Part shown: positions 8,201-16,659 of the stretch, piece by piece
Numbering within the stretch: position 1 is the first letter of the stretch
Layout: each line of letters begins with the position of its first letter
Assembly (NCBI GenBank): GCA_963845515.1
Contig: CAWJSR010000018.1
Coordinates: 1 to 39,645, forward strand
Reading direction: 5' to 3'
Length of the DNA stretch: 39,645 nucleotides
Source of the DNA: an uncultured delta proteobacterium
GTDB taxonomy: Bacteria; Myxococcota; Myxococcia; Myxococcales; Anaeromyxobacteraceae
The notes under the pieces: model-generated
The model's input: only the letters and a program-made list of their open reading frames with translations
What the model was told of the DNA's origin: nothing
The model's database searches: none
Position numbers and translations under genes: made by a program

Positions 8201-9887
8201 CGACGTTGCCCGCGTTGAACACCGTCGGGTCGGTCACCCACGTGGTGACCTGCGGCGGGATGACGACCGGAGCCGGGAGGAAGCCGCCCTCGGTGCCGAT
8301 CTGGACCCAGTCCGGGCCCGGAGGGCTGAGGACCGTGTCCGGTGTGGGGAAGACGCCCGGGGGATCGGCGAGCGCGGCCAGCACCTCGGCGGCGTTGAGC
8401 GCGACCTCCTTGCCGGAGGCGTCGGCCACGTAGAGGCTCAGGTTGAAGAAGCGGTCGTTGGCCGCGTTGAGGATGCGGAGCCGGTAGGACTTCGGCTCGA
8501 TCGTGACGGTCGGGTAGACCGTGCCGTTGACGAGCGGCGTGTCGTTGAAGGCCTCCATGCCCATCGAGATGAATGGCGTGCCCGGCATCTGCGGCGGCTC
8601 GCACCAGCTGAGGTCCGGGTTGCACATGGGGTCGTAGTAGGGGTTCGCGACCGGCATGTTGGTGACGCGCGTGGGCGGCCAGAACCACGGGCCGTAGGCC
8701 CAGCGGCCGAAGGCGTTCACGCCGGAGGCGTCGCCGGGGTTCTGCGCCGGGGAGTAGACGTGCGGCACCCAGAGCTGACCGAAGCCGCCCCACCGATCCA
8801 TGTCCCAGGTCGGATCCTGCATGGCGAGCTGCTCGGCGGACGGGACGAAGGTCTTGTCCTGGATGACGAGCGGGAGCTGGTCGGCGGGGAGGATCCCGCT
8901 GGCCACGAGCCCCTGCTCGGTCGGATCGCTGATCAGGTACGCGGCGGCCTCGCCGGCGTACACGTTGAGCCGCGTGATGCCCCACGCGTGGTCGTGGTAG
9001 AACATCAACCGCGCGCTCTGCTGGTTCGTGTAGAAGAAGGTCGTCGCGCCGGGGCCCGGGTCGGGCATGTCCGGCACCGCAGTGACGCTGACGCCCTTCG
9101 GGTACGAGGTGTTCTCGCCAGCCGGCGTGATCCACTGGTGCGGCGTGCCATCGCTGATCCACGGCGAGATCCCGCCGTGCAGGTGCAGCGTGGCCCTGTT
9201 CTCGGCGAAGCAGCCCGCGGGCTTCGGGAGCATCCCGCACATCGGGTTGAGCGGATCGGGCTCGGGAATCCCCGCCAGCTCAGGACCCATCCCCGAGCCC
9301 ATGACGGTGGTGTCGACCGGGATGAAGAGGTTCCCGGCCACGCCAGTGGGGAGGAGGTTGCGGAAGAGGATCCGGACCGGGCGGTCCTTCGTCGCCGCGA
9401 TGAGCGGGCCGAGGTAGTGCGGCCCCTCGACGCCGGCGGCCTGCGAGCCGTTCGGCAGCAGGATCGGGCTCCCGTCGGTGTTCACGAGGGGCACCCAGTT
9501 GCCCGCGTAGACCGGGGTCGCGAGCTGCACGTAGCCGCGGAGCTTCGTCGGCGGGAGGTCGGAGTGCATCTTCTCCAGGTACTGGACCACCGCGATCTCG
9601 TAGTAGTCGGTGCCCGGATACGTCGTGGTGTCCGGGACGGCGACCGGGATGTACTGGCCGAGGTTGTTGGCGTTGGCCGCGCCGAGGCCAGGGAGCCCGT
9701 CGACGAACTTCCGGATGCCGCCCGTCACCGTCGTCCCGGCGACCACGGGGAGCGGACTGTTCGCGTAGTTGGGGACGCTGAAGTAGTGCGGCGCGGCTCC
9801 GGGTGGCGGCATCTGTGCGAACGCCTGCTGACCGCCGGCGGCTGCGCCGAGCGCCAGTGAAATGCCCAATAGGCTGAGTGGTTTCAC
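5253..9887 (-). CDS. Large secreted multicopper oxidase (MofA/OmpB-like) with FN3-like domain and five C-terminal Ig-like repeats
   Basis: All four Cu motifs: HLHG, YHDH, HPIHFH, HCHILSHEEMDM. Sec-like signal peptide after GTG 9887 (purine-rich SD). FN3-like segment W...NEVGFRIER...YRVIAYNAAG. Confidence 0.9.
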   Translation of the reverse strand: MKPLSLLGISLALGAAAGGQQAFAQMPPPGAAPHYFSVPNYANSPLPVVAGTTVTGGIRKFVDGLPGLGAANANNLGQYIPVAVPDTTTYPGTDYYEIAVVQYLEKMHSDLPPTKLRGYVQLATPVYAGNWVPLVNTDGSPILLPNGSQAAGVEGPHYLGPLIAATKDRPVRILFRNLLPTGVAGNLFIPVDTTVMGSGMGPELAGIPEPDPLNPMCGMLPKPAGCFAENRATLHLHGGISPWISDGTPHQWITPAGENTSYPKGVSVTAVPDMPDPGPGATTFFYTNQQSARLMFYHDHAWGITRLNVYAGEAAAYLISDPTEQGLVASGILPADQLPLVIQDKTFVPSAEQLAMQDPTWDMDRWGGFGQLWVPHVYSPAQNPGDASGVNAFGRWAYGPWFWPPTRVTNMPVANPYYDPMCNPDLSWCEPPQMPGTPFISMGMEAFNDTPLVNGTVYPTVTIEPKSYRLRILNAANDRFFNLSLYVADASGKEVALNAAEVLAALADPPGVFPTPDTVLSPPGPDWVQIGTEGGFLPAPVVIPPQVTTWVTDPTVFNAGNVDQHSLLLGPAERVDVVVDFSAFAGQTLILYNDAPAAFPARDPRYDYYTGNADLTSSGGAPSTLPGYGPNTRTVMQIVVAGTPAAPFNLAALQTAFKAKSLGGQGVFEDSQHPIVVGQGAYNTAYGTAFWNNGPRAGLVQIFDEYLDFDTLVGTPLVMPLRRKAIQDEMGEAFDKEYGRMSGNLGLETPNIQAGLAQTLILYPYVNPASELFEGIELPPGVSVTPITTTTDGSQIWKITHNGVDTHPIHFHLFDVQIINRVGWDGIIRKPDLNEIGWKDTLRISPLEDTIVAMRPIIPKVPFGLTESVRPLNPMMPLGSPDGFVNLDMFAQPIVPPITNELTNFGWEYVWHCHILSHEEMDMMRPMSVAVNVVTPGQPLAGFTPNGDGTVTVAWTDPTPVGYSTLAAWGDPANEVGFRIERGIADGGGNVATWTQAGTALANANRFIDTTPDAGNIRYRVIAYNAAGEATSAIATGSLTIPPATGVILTASVPSPHVTGTPVTFTAMGQGSTAIYQYRFWQSLDGGQTFTVVQDWTTAASWTLGANAPVGTYLIIADVRTDPATATRDAYAWLNYAVVSTPVVPATGVTLTPSLPSPQPPGTAVAFTAAGQGSTGYEYRFWLSPDNGATWTVVQDWSATDTWTLPSTTLEGDYVVLADVKTDPASTVRDTYTALVYTLQAGALSPATGVTLTASAPSPHLAGTAVTFTAAGQGSTSYLYRFWLSTDNGATFTVVQDWSVADTWTLPAATPVGTFLVIADVKSNAVSTVRDAYTWMNYAIVDVAVVPATGVTLTASAPSPHVAGTSVIFTAAGEGSTGYRYRFWLSPDGGNTFSVAQNWSATATWTLPASTAVGTYLVVADVTTDPAGTVRDAYTWMSYAVVATALPPATGVTLTADSPSPHTAGTDVIFTAAGQGSTGYLYRFWLTSDGGLTFTTVQDWSTTATWTLPGTTGTGSYQVIADVKTDPASTLRDAYTWFDYVIIP
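5256..6765 (-). repeat. Five tandem ~100-aa intragenic domain repeats
   Basis: Each begins PATGV(T/I)LT..PSP and contains FTAxG(Q/E)GST..Y.YRFW..D.G...V.Q(D/N)W...WTL...G.Y...ADV...RD.Y. Confidence 0.9.
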
Positions 9888-10034
9888 GTTCTCTCTCCCT
9901 CCGATCCGCGTCCACCCTGCTGGCTGCAAGTGGTCGAACCGGAATCCGTTCAAGCAAACAGGTAACTGCGGTGCACTCCGACATCTCCTCTACGAGCCAA
10001 TCCAAAAGGGTCCCGGCGCCACGCCGGGCGTTGC

Positions 10035-10598
10035 CTAGAGCGGCGCCTCCCAGCGCCTGCCGGCGGCTACGCCGGGGGCGCGGATGACCTTTCCGCTGAG
10101 CGCGGCCTGCGCGCAGGCGACCGCCGCGTCCGGCGCGCCGCCCTTGAACTCGAGCCGCGCCCCCTCGACGCGAACGGCGCCAGCGTCGGCCGCCAGGGCC
10201 AGCACGAAGGCCGCGTCCTCCGCCCCGCACTCCTCGACCTGCCTCCGCAGCTCCGCGAAGCCTGCGATGAGGTCACGCCGGATCGCCATCAGCGCCTCGC
10301 GCCTCACCGAGCCGGCGGGGCCCCTCGCCTCCTGGGCGGCCTTCGGCACGACGCCGGTCGCCGTCTTCGCCCCGGGGGGCGTGGCGCGCGTGAACGGCGC
10401 CGGATCCGCGGGTGCCGCTGCGGCGACCGCGCCGACTCCGGCGGGCGCGCCTGCTTCGCGGAGCGAGGGCGTCAACGGCTGTGAGGCCGATCCCACCGGC
10501 GGCTCGTTCCGCGCGGCCGGTCTGACGAGGGCCGCGCCGACGGCGACGACGAGTCCGACCACCAGCAATCCAGCGACGACGACCTTCTTGATGTCCAT
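10035..10598 (-). CDS. Hypothetical membrane-anchored/exported protein
   Basis: N-terminal KK plus hydrophobic helix, Ala/Pro linker, small C-terminal domain with two Cys (VEECG...VACAQ). Confidence 0.65.
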   Translation of the reverse strand: MDIKKVVVAGLLVVGLVVAVGAALVRPAARNEPPVGSASQPLTPSLREAGAPAGVGAVAAAAPADPAPFTRATPPGAKTATGVVPKAAQEARGPAGSVRREALMAIRRDLIAGFAELRRQVEECGAEDAAFVLALAADAGAVRVEGARLEFKGGAPDAAVACAQAALSGKVIRAPGVAAGRRWEAPL

Positions 10599-10654
10599 CT
10601 CTCGCTTCCCCTTCCAGTTTCGACTCGCGATCGCAGCCAGGTTTCCCGCTCGGT

Positions 10655-12577
10655 TCAGGCGGTCGCGGAGAGCGGCGCCCCGACCTGAGCGCGGTCGGCG
10701 ACGTCGGTGATGTCGACCGCCAGCGCGTCGACGGGCGTGTACTCTGGGACGAGCCGTCGCAGCGCTCGCCGGATCGCCACCGGATCGTCGGGCGGCGCCA
10801 TCGCCAGGGCGCCGAGGAGGCGCTTAAGCTCTTCCCAGTCGAACGGCCGGAAGCGGCCCACGAAGATCTTCGGGTGGCGCGTCTGCTCGGCGTGCTCCGC
10901 CCCCACCGACAGCTCCTCGAAGAGCTTCTCGCCGGGGCGCAGGCCGGTGTACCGGATCTCGACGTCCTCGCCCGGCCTCAGCCCGGAGAGGGTGATGAGG
11001 TCCCGCGCGAGGTCGGCGATCCTCACAGGCCGCCCCATGTCGAGGAAGAAGATCTCTCCGCCGTTCCCCATCGCGCCGGCCTGCAGGACGAGCTGGCTCG
11101 CCTCGGGGATCGTCATGAAGTACCGGCGCATCTCCGGGTGCGTGACGGTGACCGGCCCGCCCCTCGCGATCTGCTCCTGGAAGATGGGGATGACGCTGCC
11201 GTTCGAGCCGAGGACGTTGCCGAAGCGGACGGTGACGAACCGGGTCTTCGAGCGCTGCGAGAGGGCCTGGACGTACATCTCGGCGATGCGCTTCGAGGTC
11301 CCCATGACCGACGTCGGGTTGACCGCCTTGTCGGTCGAGATCATCACGAACCGCTCGACGCCGTGGCGGTCGGCGAGGTCGGCGAGCGCGCGCGTGCCGA
11401 AGACGTTGTTGGTGACCGCCTCGATGGGGTTCCACTCCATCATCGGCACGTGCTTGTGGGCCGCGGCGTGGAAGATGACGCTCGGCCGATGGGCCGCGAA
11501 GATGGCCTCCATCCGCCGCTCCTCGGCGACGTCGGCCACGCAGGGCGCGAACCGGACGGTGGGGAAGCGGGCCTCCAGCTCGCGGTGGACGTGGAAGAGG
11601 GCGTTCTCCGCCCGCTCCACGAGGACGACGACCGACGGCTCGAAGCGGGCGACCTGCCTGCACAGCTCGGAGCCTATGGAGCCGCCCGCACCGGTCACCA
11701 GCACGGCGCGCCCCTTCATCTCCCGGGAGATGAGCGCCATGTCCAGCTCCACCGGGTCGCGCCCGAGGAGATCCTCGATGGCGACGGGGCGGAGCTGGCT
11801 GACGCTGACCTGTCCGTCGACCAGGTCGGCGAGGCCCGGGATGGTCCTGGACTTCGCCCCCGACTGCTCGCAGAGCCGGACGATCCGGCGCATCTGCGCA
11901 CCGTTCGCGGTCGGGATGGCGATGAGGACCTGATCGGCCTGCTGCCCGGCGACGATCCGCGGGAGGTCGGCGATCACGCCTAGCACCCGGACGCCATGGA
12001 TGTGGCCGCCGATCTTGGTCGCGTCGTCGTCCACGAAGCCGACCACCTCGTAGCGCCCCGCGTACCGGCGCTTCAGGTCGGCGACGAGAAGCTCCCCGGC
12101 GTCGCCGGCGCCGACGACCAGGACGCGGCTCGCCCTCTCGCCGCTGGGGATCGCCGCGTCCCGGTGCGGCCGGAGCACGCGGACCGAGAGCCTGGCGCCG
12201 CCCACGAGCACCATCGCGAGCAGGTAGTCGATGACGACGACCGACCGCGGGAAGGGCTGCCCGAGCGCGAGGAGCGCGAGCGCGAAGAGGAGCGTGGAGA
12301 CAGTGGTCGCCTGGACGATGCCGATGGCGTCGCCGGCGCTCGTGTAGCGCCAGATGCCGCGGAAGAGGCCGCCGCCGAAGAAGACCGCCGTCCGGATCGC
12401 GAGCATGACGGGCAGCGACGCCAGCAGGGAGCCGACGTAGAGCTCGGGGACGTAGAGCTCGAACCGGATCAGGAAGGCGATCCCGAGCGCCGACGTCCAG
12501 AGGAGGAGGTGCGCCCCGATGACGACGGTGCGGCGGGCGGCGATCCGGATCCATGCCTCGCGCTGGGTCATGATCAC
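10655..12577 (-). CDS. CapD/PglF/WbpM-family membrane-bound UDP-GlcNAc 4,6-dehydratase (copy 1)
   Basis: Four N-terminal TM segments; VTGAGGSIGSEL, HAAAHKHVP, ISTDKAVNPTSVMG, RFGNVLGSNGSV, RPGEKLFEEL. Start is 12577 (GTG) or 12571 (ATG). Confidence 0.93.
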   Translation of the reverse strand: MIMTQREAWIRIAARRTVVIGAHLLLWTSALGIAFLIRFELYVPELYVGSLLASLPVMLAIRTAVFFGGGLFRGIWRYTSAGDAIGIVQATTVSTLLFALALLALGQPFPRSVVVIDYLLAMVLVGGARLSVRVLRPHRDAAIPSGERASRVLVVGAGDAGELLVADLKRRYAGRYEVVGFVDDDATKIGGHIHGVRVLGVIADLPRIVAGQQADQVLIAIPTANGAQMRRIVRLCEQSGAKSRTIPGLADLVDGQVSVSQLRPVAIEDLLGRDPVELDMALISREMKGRAVLVTGAGGSIGSELCRQVARFEPSVVVLVERAENALFHVHRELEARFPTVRFAPCVADVAEERRMEAIFAAHRPSVIFHAAAHKHVPMMEWNPIEAVTNNVFGTRALADLADRHGVERFVMISTDKAVNPTSVMGTSKRIAEMYVQALSQRSKTRFVTVRFGNVLGSNGSVIPIFQEQIARGGPVTVTHPEMRRYFMTIPEASQLVLQAGAMGNGGEIFFLDMGRPVRIADLARDLITLSGLRPGEDVEIRYTGLRPGEKLFEELSVGAEHAEQTRHPKIFVGRFRPFDWEELKRLLGALAMAPPDDPVAIRRALRRLVPEYTPVDALAVDITDVADRAQVGAPLSATA

Positions 12578-13795
12578 TTACCGATCGAAGCGGGTTCCAC
12601 GGTGGCGGACGGCGAGGGCGCGGCGGGGGGCCGGGGAGCGCGCTGGGCCGACGCGGCGCGCAGCGCCAGGGCGGGGCTGGTCGCGACCACCTCCGCGGCG
12701 ACCCGCACCACGTCTTCGTCGGTCATGCTCGAGCCGCTCGGGAGGCAGAGGCCGCGCTCGAAGAGGTCGCTCGCCACGGCGCCGCCCCGCGCGGAGAAGC
12801 CGGAGAAGACGGGCTGCAGGTGCATCGGCTTCCAGACTGGGCGGGACTCGATGTCGCGCTGCTCCAGGCGAAGCCGGACCGCCTCGCGATCGGCGCCGAA
12901 CTCCGCCGGCCGGAAGGTGACTGCGGTGAGCCAGCCGTTGGAGACGCCGTACTCGGCCTCTGGCATGAACGCGAGGCCCGGGACGCCCCCGAGCAGCCGC
13001 CGGTAGAGGGCGTTGACCTCGCGGCGCCGGGCGATCCGCTGGTCGAGCACGCGGAGCTGCCCGCGCCCCACCGCGGCCAGCAGGTTCGACAGCCGGTAGT
13101 TGAAGCCGACCTCGGAGTGCTGGTACCAGGGGGCCGGGTCGCGCGCCTGCGTGGCGAGGAAGCGCGCCCGCTCGATCAGCTCCTGCCGGTCGGACAGGAG
13201 CATCCCGCCGCCGCTGGTGGTGATGATCTTGTTGCCGTTGAAGGAGAAGACGCCCAGCGCGCCGAAGGAGCCGGCGGGGCGCCCCGTGTACGTGGCGCCG
13301 AGCGCCTCGGCGGCGTCCTCGACGAGCGGCACGCCGTACCGCTCGCAGGCGCGCGACGATCGGGTCGTAGTCGGCGCACTGCCCGTAGAGATCGACGACG
13401 ATGACGGCCTTCGGGAGCTTGCCTCGCCTGGCGGCGGCCGCCAGCTCCTCCTCGAGCAGGGCCGGGTCCATGGTCCAGGTCTCGCGGCTCGAGTCGATGA
13501 AGACCGGGCGTGCACCCTCGTAGAGGATCGGGTTGACCGTCGCCGAGAAGGTGAGCGTCGGGGCGATGACCTCGTCGCCGCGCCCCACCCCGAGGATCCG
13601 GAGCGCCAGGTGGAGGGCCGCCGTGCCGCTGGAGAGGGCCGCGGCGTGCGCGACGCCGGTCCGGCCGGCCAGCTCGCGCTCGAAGGCGTCCACGTGGGGG
13701 CCGAGCGGGGCGATCCAGTTGGAGTCGAAGGCCTCCGCGAGGAGCGCGCGCTCCTCGCCGCCCATGTGCGGCGGAGACAGGTAGAGGCGGCTCAC
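12574..13795 (-). CDS. DegT/DnrJ/EryC1/StrS PLP-dependent sugar aminotransferase (PglE-like); apparent frameshift near 13350
   Basis: LSPPHMGG...SSGTAALHLAL in one frame continues as EDAAEALG, SFNGNKIITTSGGG, LCLPSGS in the next frame. Confidence 0.88.
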
Positions 13796-14472
13796 AGGGC
13801 ACCCGCCTTCGCGTCGATCGGGCGGGCCGGAACGCCGACCACCGTCCGGCCGTCGGGGACGTCCCGGTGGATCGCCGCGCCGGCCCCGGCGCGCACGTCG
13901 GCGCCGATCCTGACGCCCGGCAGGGCGACCGCGCCGAGCCCGAGGTGACTGCGCCTCCCCACCGTGACGGCGCCGCCGAGGGCGGCCTTGGGCGAGAGGT
14001 GGGCGTAGTCGTCGACCCTGCAGTCGTGCTCGACCACCGCGCCGGTGTTCACGATGACCCCCTGGCCGACGACGGCGTCAGGGTTGACGGTGGCGTTCGC
14101 CACCACGACCGTCCCCTCGCCGAGCCGCGCCGAGCGCGCGACCACGGCGGAGGGATGGATCAGGGTGGCGACCTCGAACCCTGCGAGGCGCAGCCGCTTG
14201 TGAGCGCGCTCCCTCGCTTCGTTCGAGCCGATCCCCAGCGCGACGAGGACGTCGCCGAAGCGCTCGCGCTCCGCGACCAGCCGGTCCCAGCCGAGGACCT
14301 TCAGCCCCCAGATCTCGGAGCCATCGCGCGCCGGGTCGTCGTCGACGAAGCCGATGAGCCGTAGCCCCATCGAGAGTCCGACGTCGGCGACGACCTTCCC
14401 GTGACCACCGGCGCCGAGCACGAGCAGGGCGCGCGCGGGAGTCGGGATCTCGCTGAAGGACGCCGTCGGCAT
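13792..14472 (-). CDS. PglD/NeuD-family hexapeptide sugar acetyltransferase
   Basis: LGAGGHGKVV, IHPSAVV, NTGAVVEHDC, VGVPAR; GGGAGA SD before ATG 14472. Confidence 0.9.
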   Translation of the reverse strand: MPTASFSEIPTPARALLVLGAGGHGKVVADVGLSMGLRLIGFVDDDPARDGSEIWGLKVLGWDRLVAERERFGDVLVALGIGSNEARERAHKRLRLAGFEVATLIHPSAVVARSARLGEGTVVVANATVNPDAVVGQGVIVNTGAVVEHDCRVDDYAHLSPKAALGGAVTVGRRSHLGLGAVALPGVRIGADVRAGAGAAIHRDVPDGRTVVGVPARPIDAKAGAL

Positions 14473-14648
14473 TGCGCGCTCTCCCAGCTGAGTAGCGCCC
14501 CAAGTGCGGCGGGAGCGCGCATCAGCCAACTTAAGCGGAGATAAGAGCGCGCATGTAATCGGCTTTGACTCCGATCAATCCCGACAGGGACGACCAACAA
14601 TCTCCAGTACTTACGAGTGGCACGAGTAACCCAACAGGTACGACTTCG

Positions 14649-15317
14649 TCACACCTGTGGCGGAGAGTCCGTCGCCGGGCGATCGCTCCCCATGAACTCG
14701 GGAGTCGTGGCGTGGCCTCGCCGAGAGACCCCGGATCGGGAGACGACTCTCCCAAGGGTCATGAACAGGATCTTCAGATCCAGCCACAGGCTCCAGTGGT
14801 CCACGTACCAGACGTCGAGAGTGAACTTTTGCTCCCACGAGATCGCGTTGCGGCCGTTCACCTGCGCCCAGCCCGTGATCCCGGGGAGCACGTCGTGCCT
14901 GCGGGCCTGCTCGGGCGAGTACCTGGGCAGGTACTGCATGAGGAGCGGACGGGGCCCGACGAGGCTCACCTCTCCCTTCAGCACGTTCCAGAGCTGGGGC
15001 AGCTCGTCGAGGCTCGTCGCGCGCAGGATGGCACCGAGCCGGGTGAGCCGCTCCGCGTCAGGGAGCGGGCGGCCGTCGGCGCCAGCGACCTCGCGCATCG
15101 TCCGGAACTTCAGGAGCTCGAACGGCCTCCCGTGGAGCCCGGGGCGCTGCTGGCGGAAGAGGACCGGCGCGCCCAGCCTCGAACGGACGGCGATGGCGAT
15201 CGCGCCGATGACCGGCGCGACGACGAGGAGCCCGGCGCTCGTCGCCACCAGGTCGAACGCGCGCTTCACGGCGAGTCTCCACCCGCGCTGCCGGAGATCG
15301 CCCCTCGCCTTGGCCAT
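14649..15317 (-). CDS. PglC-like monotopic phosphoglycosyl transferase (bacterial sugar transferase)
   Basis: KRAFD, FRQQRPG, KFRTM, SLDELPQLWNVLKGEVSLVGPRP, PGITGWAQVNGRN. Confidence 0.92.
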   Translation of the reverse strand: MAKARGDLRQRGWRLAVKRAFDLVATSAGLLVVAPVIGAIAIAVRSRLGAPVLFRQQRPGLHGRPFELLKFRTMREVAGADGRPLPDAERLTRLGAILRATSLDELPQLWNVLKGEVSLVGPRPLLMQYLPRYSPEQARRHDVLPGITGWAQVNGRNAISWEQKFTLDVWYVDHWSLWLDLKILFMTLGRVVSRSGVSRRGHATTPEFMGSDRPATDSPPQV

Positions 15318-15416
15318 GGTCGCACCCGCGTCTCGACGGTAACCGACGGCATGGGGCTGGATCCAGCGGAGCGCTTCCGGGTACCCATGATGGAGGCCCG
15401 TGATGTCGAGGCACAG

Positions 15417-16659
15417 GTGAGACTGGTAATCGCGCTCGAGCAGCACTTCTTCCGTGACGGCGACGGCCGCGTGTGGACGACGACGGACCTCGGGCGCCGA
15501 TCCTGGGATCGCTACCTCGGCGTCTTCGACTCCGTCCGGATCGTCGCCCGCACCAGGGCGGTCGCGGCGGTCGAGCCGGGCTGGACCCGCGTGGACGGCG
15601 ACGGCGTCTCGGTCGCGCCCGTGCCGGACTTCGTGGGCCCCGGCGAGTACCTGCGGACGATCGGGCGGGTCCGGGCCGCCGTCCGCGCGGAGCTGCGCCG
15701 CGGCGACGCCCTGATCCTCCGGGTCCCCGGAACGCTCGCCACCGTAGCGGTGGGCCACCTGCTGCGCGTCGGCCAGCCCTTCGGCGTCGAGGTCGTCGGG
15801 GATCCGCACGACGTCTTCGCGCCCGGCGCCGTGAGCCATCCGCTCCGTCCCCTCTTCCGCTGGTGGTTCGTGCGCAACCTGCGGCGGCAGTGCGGGGCGG
15901 CGTTCGCGTCGCTCTACGTTACGCGGCTCTACGCTTCAGCGCCGTTACCCGCCGGGCGCGCGGAGCACACTCTCCGTCGGCGTGTCCGACGTGGAGCTCC
16001 CCGAGGCGGCGTTCGTCGCCTCGCCCGACGAACGCCGGGAGCGCCCGTTCGGGCCGCAGTCCGGGGCCAGCTTCCGGCTCGTGAGCATCGGCTCGATGGC
16101 GCAGCGGTACAAAGGACACGACCTCGTGATCTCAGCGCTCCGCGACTGCCGGAGCGCGGGGCTGGACGTGGAGCTGGTCATCGTCGGCGACGGCCGGGAG
16201 CGGGCGGAGCTGGCGCGCCACGCGGAGCGGCTCGGCGTGCAGCGCTGGGTGACGTTCCGCGGCCAGCTCCCCGCCGGCGCTGCGGTCCGGCGCGAGCTGG
16301 ACGACGCGCACCTCTTCGTCATGGCCTCTCGCGTCGAGGGGCTGCCCCGGGCGCTCGTCGAGGCGATGGCGCGAGCGCTACCGTGCATCGGCACGCAGGT
16401 CGGCGGGATCCCGGAGCTGCTGCCTCCCGAGGCCCTGGTGCCCACCGAGGACGCCGCTGCGCTCGCCGCCCGGATCCGCGAGCTGGCCGCGGACGACGGG
16501 CGGCGCCGCGAGTGGTCTCGCCGGAGCTGGGAGACGGCCCGGACCTATCGCGAGGCGGAGCTGCAGCCGACGCGGGAGGCCTTCTTCCGGGCGGTCGCGG
16601 AGGCCGCGCGCACGGAGCGCCCTCACTCGGGCGCGGAGCCCGCGGAGGAGGACCGATGA
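15417..16659 (+). CDS. Family 4 (GT-B) glycosyltransferase; apparent frameshift near 15925
   Basis: N-half VRLVIALEQHFF...EVVGDP; C-half YKGHD, IVGDG, EGLPRALVEAMA (EX7E). Alternative start ATG 15387. Confidence 0.82.

Noticed and set aside
6717..9860. 1047-aa plus-strand ORF and similar long antisense ORFs (e.g. 29929-31977, most of 20072-22183)
   Set aside because: Shadow ORFs expected from high-GC3 coding on the opposite strand; no recognisable motifs.
9888..10034. Cyclic dinucleotide riboswitch or sigma54 promoter upstream of the oxidase
   Set aside because: No GEMM-type GAAA/GCAAA pattern recognised, and the best GG...GC match has an 11-nt rather than 10-nt spacing.
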